Shown in pieces: positions 60,940 through 64,000 of a stretch of 64,000 nucleotides of DNA. Location of the stretch: assembly GCA_963798845.1 (NCBI GenBank), contig CAWCUS010000002.1:448001-512000 (forward strand), written 5' to 3'. The stretch comes from an uncultured Gemmatimonadales bacterium (GTDB lineage Bacteria > Gemmatimonadota > Gemmatimonadetes > Longimicrobiales > RSA9). The translations under genes were made by a program, and so were the position numbers. Each line of letters begins with the position of its first letter. Positions within the stretch are counted from its first letter, which is position 1. Below the pieces are notes generated by a model, which saw nothing but the letters and a program-made list of their open reading frames with translations, was not told the DNA's origin and did not search any database.

Positions 60940-61947
60940 ATGTACCGGAACGACGCGGAAAACAGCAACCCGACGGGCGACGCCGCATCCCCGGGTGAGG
61001 GTGAGCCCCGGGGCGGCGCGGGCGCCGAGATCCAGGCGCATGCCCGCCTTACCGAGCAGCGGAACCCCCGCAGCGCGCGGATCGACGCGCTCTCCACGCT
61101 GGAGATCGTCGACCTGATCAACGCGGAGGACCGCATGGTGGCGCAGGCTGTGGCGGAGGAGCGCCGCGAGATCGGTCGCTGCATCGACCTGGTCGTGGAG
61201 TGCTTCCGGGCGGGGGGCCGGCTGGTCTACGTGGGTGCGGGGACGTCGGGTCGCCTGGGCGTGCTGGACGCGGCGGAGATGCCCCCCACGTACGGGACGG
61301 ACCCGTCGCTGGTGCAGGGCGTGATCGCCGGCGGGTACCAGGCGCTCGTGCGGGCCAGCGAGGGCGCCGAGGACGACCGCGCTGCGGGCGCCGCCGCAAT
61401 GGACGAGCGGGAGGTGGGCGCGAGCGACTTCGTGCTGGGGATCGCCAGCTCCGGCACGACGCCGTATGTCCATGGCGCGCTGGAGCGGGCGAGGGAGCGT
61501 GGGGCCAGGACGGGCTTCCTGCTGTGCACCTATCCTACGCCGGAGCTGAGCGAGGCGCACGACGTGGTGATCGCGCCGCTGGTGGGCCCGGAGGTCATTA
61601 CCGGCTCGACGCGCATGAAGGCGGGCACGGCCACGAAGATGGTGCTGAACACCATCAGCACGGCGGCCATGGTGAAGCTCGGCAAGGTCTACGGCAACCT
61701 GATGGTGGACCTCCAGGTCACGTGCCAGAAGCTGCGCGATCGCGGGGAGCGCATCCTCATGGAGACGCTGCGCATCGACCGCCCGGCGGCGGAGCGGCTG
61801 CTGGAGGGGGCGGACGGCCACGTGAAGACGGCCCTCGTCATGGGCTGCCTGGAGCTGGACCGCCAGGAAGCCCGCCGCCGCCTGGACGAGGCCGGCGGCG
61901 TGATCACGCGGGTGACGGGCGACCGCTGCCGGCCACCGCGCCCGTGA
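60940..61947 (+). CDS. murQ: N-acetylmuramic acid 6-phosphate etherase
   Basis: TEQRN, GAGTSGRLG, EGAEDD, GPEVITGSTRMKAGTATK, NLMVD. Confidence 0.97.
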   Translation: MYRNDAENSNPTGDAASPGEGEPRGGAGAEIQAHARLTEQRNPRSARIDALSTLEIVDLINAEDRMVAQAVAEERREIGRCIDLVVECFRAGGRLVYVGAGTSGRLGVLDAAEMPPTYGTDPSLVQGVIAGGYQALVRASEGAEDDRAAGAAAMDEREVGASDFVLGIASSGTTPYVHGALERARERGARTGFLLCTYPTPELSEAHDVVIAPLVGPEVITGSTRMKAGTATKMVLNTISTAAMVKLGKVYGNLMVDLQVTCQKLRDRGERILMETLRIDRPAAERLLEGADGHVKTALVMGCLELDRQEARRRLDEAGGVITRVTGDRCRPPRP

Positions 61948-61975
61948 TGCCGGCGCCCGGGGAAGGGGAGGCGCG

Positions 61976-63124
61976 ATGAAGGTGGTGGGGCTGATGTCGG
62001 GGACGTCGCTGGACGGTATCGACGCGGCGCTCGTGGATCTCGAGGAGGGTCCGGGCGACGCCCTCCGCTGGCGGCTCGTGGCCTTCGAGACCCGCCCGTT
62101 CACGCCGGCGCGCCGGGAGGAGATCCACGATGCCATGATCGCGGGCAATGCGGCCGCGCTGGCCCGGCTCCACGCCCGTCTGGGCGAATGGTTCGCCGCC
62201 GCGGTGCTGGGCGTCTGCCGGACGGCGGGCGTATCCCCGCGGGAGCTGGACCTGGTGGGGTCGCACGGCCAGACCATGTGGCACGAGCCGCCCCGCGAGG
62301 GTGAGCGCGGCGCCACGCTCCAGCTCGGCTGCCCGGCGACGATCGCCGAGCGCACCGGGGTGGACGTGGTCAGCGACTTCCGCAGCCGCGACGTCGCCGC
62401 GGGGGGCGAGGGCGCTCCGCTGGTTCCGTGGGTGGACCGGCTCCTGTTCGCCGGCGACCGTCCGCGCGTGCTCCAGAACATCGGCGGCATGGCCAACCTC
62501 ACGCTTCTCCCGCCCCACGGCGACGATGGCCCGATCGTCGCGTTCGACACGGGGCCGGGGAACGCGCTCATCGACGCCGCCGTCGCCCTCGCCAGCGGCG
62601 GCGCCGAGGCGTTCGACCGCGACGGCGAGTGGGCGAGAGCCGGGAACGTGGACGGGGCGCTGCTCACGACGCTCCTGGACGACCCGTACTTCCACCGGCC
62701 GCCCCCGAAGTCGACAGGCCGGGAGCGATTCGGACGGCCGCTCGTGGAGCGGCTGGTGGCCGAGCGCCGGCCCGGGCGAAGGGCGGCCTGGGCCGACCTC
62801 GTCGCCACCCTCACCGCACTCACCGCCCGCAGCATCACCGACGCGGTGAGGCGGTGGGCGGACCCGGGTGAGGACGGCGAAGTCGTGGTGACCGGCGGCG
62901 GGAGCCGGAACGCCGCGCTCATGGAGATGATCGCCCGGCAGCTGGCGCCGCTGCCGGTCCGCACGGCGGAGGTGCTGGGCATCCCGACGGAAGCGAAGGA
63001 GGCGGTGTCGTTCGCGGTGCTCGCGTGGGCCCACCGAACCGGTCGGCCGGCCAACGTCCCGGAAGTGACCGGTGCGGCCGGCGCGCGGGTCCTGGGCTCG
63101 CTCACGCCCGCCGGGCCGCGGTGA
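61976..63124 (+). CDS. anmK: Anhydro-N-acetylmuramic acid kinase
   Basis: GLMSGTSLDGID, GSHGQT, GGEGAPL, NIGG, FDTGPGN, KSTGRE. Confidence 0.97.
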   Translation: MKVVGLMSGTSLDGIDAALVDLEEGPGDALRWRLVAFETRPFTPARREEIHDAMIAGNAAALARLHARLGEWFAAAVLGVCRTAGVSPRELDLVGSHGQTMWHEPPREGERGATLQLGCPATIAERTGVDVVSDFRSRDVAAGGEGAPLVPWVDRLLFAGDRPRVLQNIGGMANLTLLPPHGDDGPIVAFDTGPGNALIDAAVALASGGAEAFDRDGEWARAGNVDGALLTTLLDDPYFHRPPPKSTGRERFGRPLVERLVAERRPGRRAAWADLVATLTALTARSITDAVRRWADPGEDGEVVVTGGGSRNAALMEMIARQLAPLPVRTAEVLGIPTEAKEAVSFAVLAWAHRTGRPANVPEVTGAAGARVLGSLTPAGPR

Positions 63125-63226
63125 CGGCGGGTCGTGCGGCGCCGAAGCACCATCCATCCGCGGCACCCGGAGGGCGCGCCGGTGAGGGGACCAGGGGAAC
63201 CGAGGCACGAGCAGGGAGGGGAGCGG

Positions 63227-64000
63227 ATGAGGGACACGGCCAGGCTGTTGTTCCCGGCGATCCGGTGGAGCCGCGACGACGAGTCGTTCGAGGGCTACCG
63301 CGACGCGATCGAGCACGGACTGGCGCTCGGCGTGGGCGGGTTCATCGTGTTCGGCGGCACGGCGGCGGCGGTTCGCGAGCTGACGGCGGAGCTCCGGCAG
63401 CGGAGCCCGCACCCGCTGCTGATCGGGGCGGACCTGGAACGGGGAGCGGGGCAGCAGTTCGCGGGGGCGACGTCGCTGCCGCCGGCGGCAGCACTGGCAG
63501 AGCTGGATGACCTGGTCGTGACGCGGCGGGCCGGCGAGCTGACGGCGAGGGAAGCGCTGGCCATGGGAGTGAACTGGGTGTACGCCCCCGTCGCCGATCT
63601 GGACGTGGAGCCCGAGAACCCGATCGTGGGCAGCCGGTCGTTCGGCGGCGACCCGGACGCGGTGTCGCGCCACGTGAGGGCGTGGATCGAGGGGTGCCGC
63701 GACGGCGGGGCGCTGGCGTGCGCGAAGCACTTCCCGGGACACGGCCGGACCACCACCGACTCCCACCTGGCGCTCCCGCTGGTGCGGGCGGAGGCGGACG
63801 TGCTGGGAGCGGAGGACCTGGCGCCCTTCCGTGCTGCCGTCGAGGCCGGGGTCGACTCCGTGATGACGGCCCACGTGGCGTACCCTGCGCTGGACGCCAG
63901 CGGCGTGGCGGCCACGCTCTCCCGGCCGATCCTGACCGGACTGCTCCGCGGGCGCCTCGGCTTCGATGGCCTGGTGGTCACCGACGCCCTGATCATGGAG
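63227..64000 (+). CDS. nagZ: GH3 beta-N-acetylhexosaminidase; runs off the window end
   Basis: Manual translation: ADLERGAG, APVADL, RSFG, KHFPGHG...DSH, MTAH, TDAL. Not in the ORF track. Confidence 0.9.
   Translation, partial: MRDTARLLFPAIRWSRDDESFEGYRDAIEHGLALGVGGFIVFGGTAAAVRELTAELRQRSPHPLLIGADLERGAGQQFAGATSLPPAAALAELDDLVVTRRAGELTAREALAMGVNWVYAPVADLDVEPENPIVGSRSFGGDPDAVSRHVRAWIEGCRDGGALACAKHFPGHGRTTTDSHLALPLVRAEADVLGAEDLAPFRAAVEAGVDSVMTAHVAYPALDASGVAATLSRPILTGLLRGRLGFDGLVVTDALIME

Overview
High-GC bacterial window; gene content and style suggest Gemmatimonadota (inference). Two accessory systems stand out. (1) 2310-13161 (-) is a compact, translationally coupled biosynthetic operon. It encodes an oxalate-CoA-ligase-like adenylation domain fused to a carrier domain, an ICL/PEP-mutase-family lyase with oxaloacetate-acetylhydrolase-like markers, a two-module NRPS ending in a Cys-nucleophile thioesterase, and an Sfp-type PPTase. 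I infer an N-oxalyl-dipeptide assembly line. (2) 18726-29468 (+), after tRNA-Lys, is a multiheme cytochrome cluster with about 45 heme-binding motifs, its own sigma54 two-component system and recognisable enhancer-like sites. The rest is housekeeping and signalling: ffh-rpsP-rimM-trmD-rplS-rnhB, PAS-GGDEF-EAL, several two-component systems, a fused 2-oxoacid dehydrogenase E1, coaE-PHP, fur-pdaD-speB, an ABC exporter, nudC and murQ-anmK-nagZ. Five genes carry apparent +1 insertions, all next to AGATG. This points to a systematic (possibly methylation-linked) sequencing error and explains the apparent NRPS-PPTase fusion. All calls are by eye from motifs; no database search was run.
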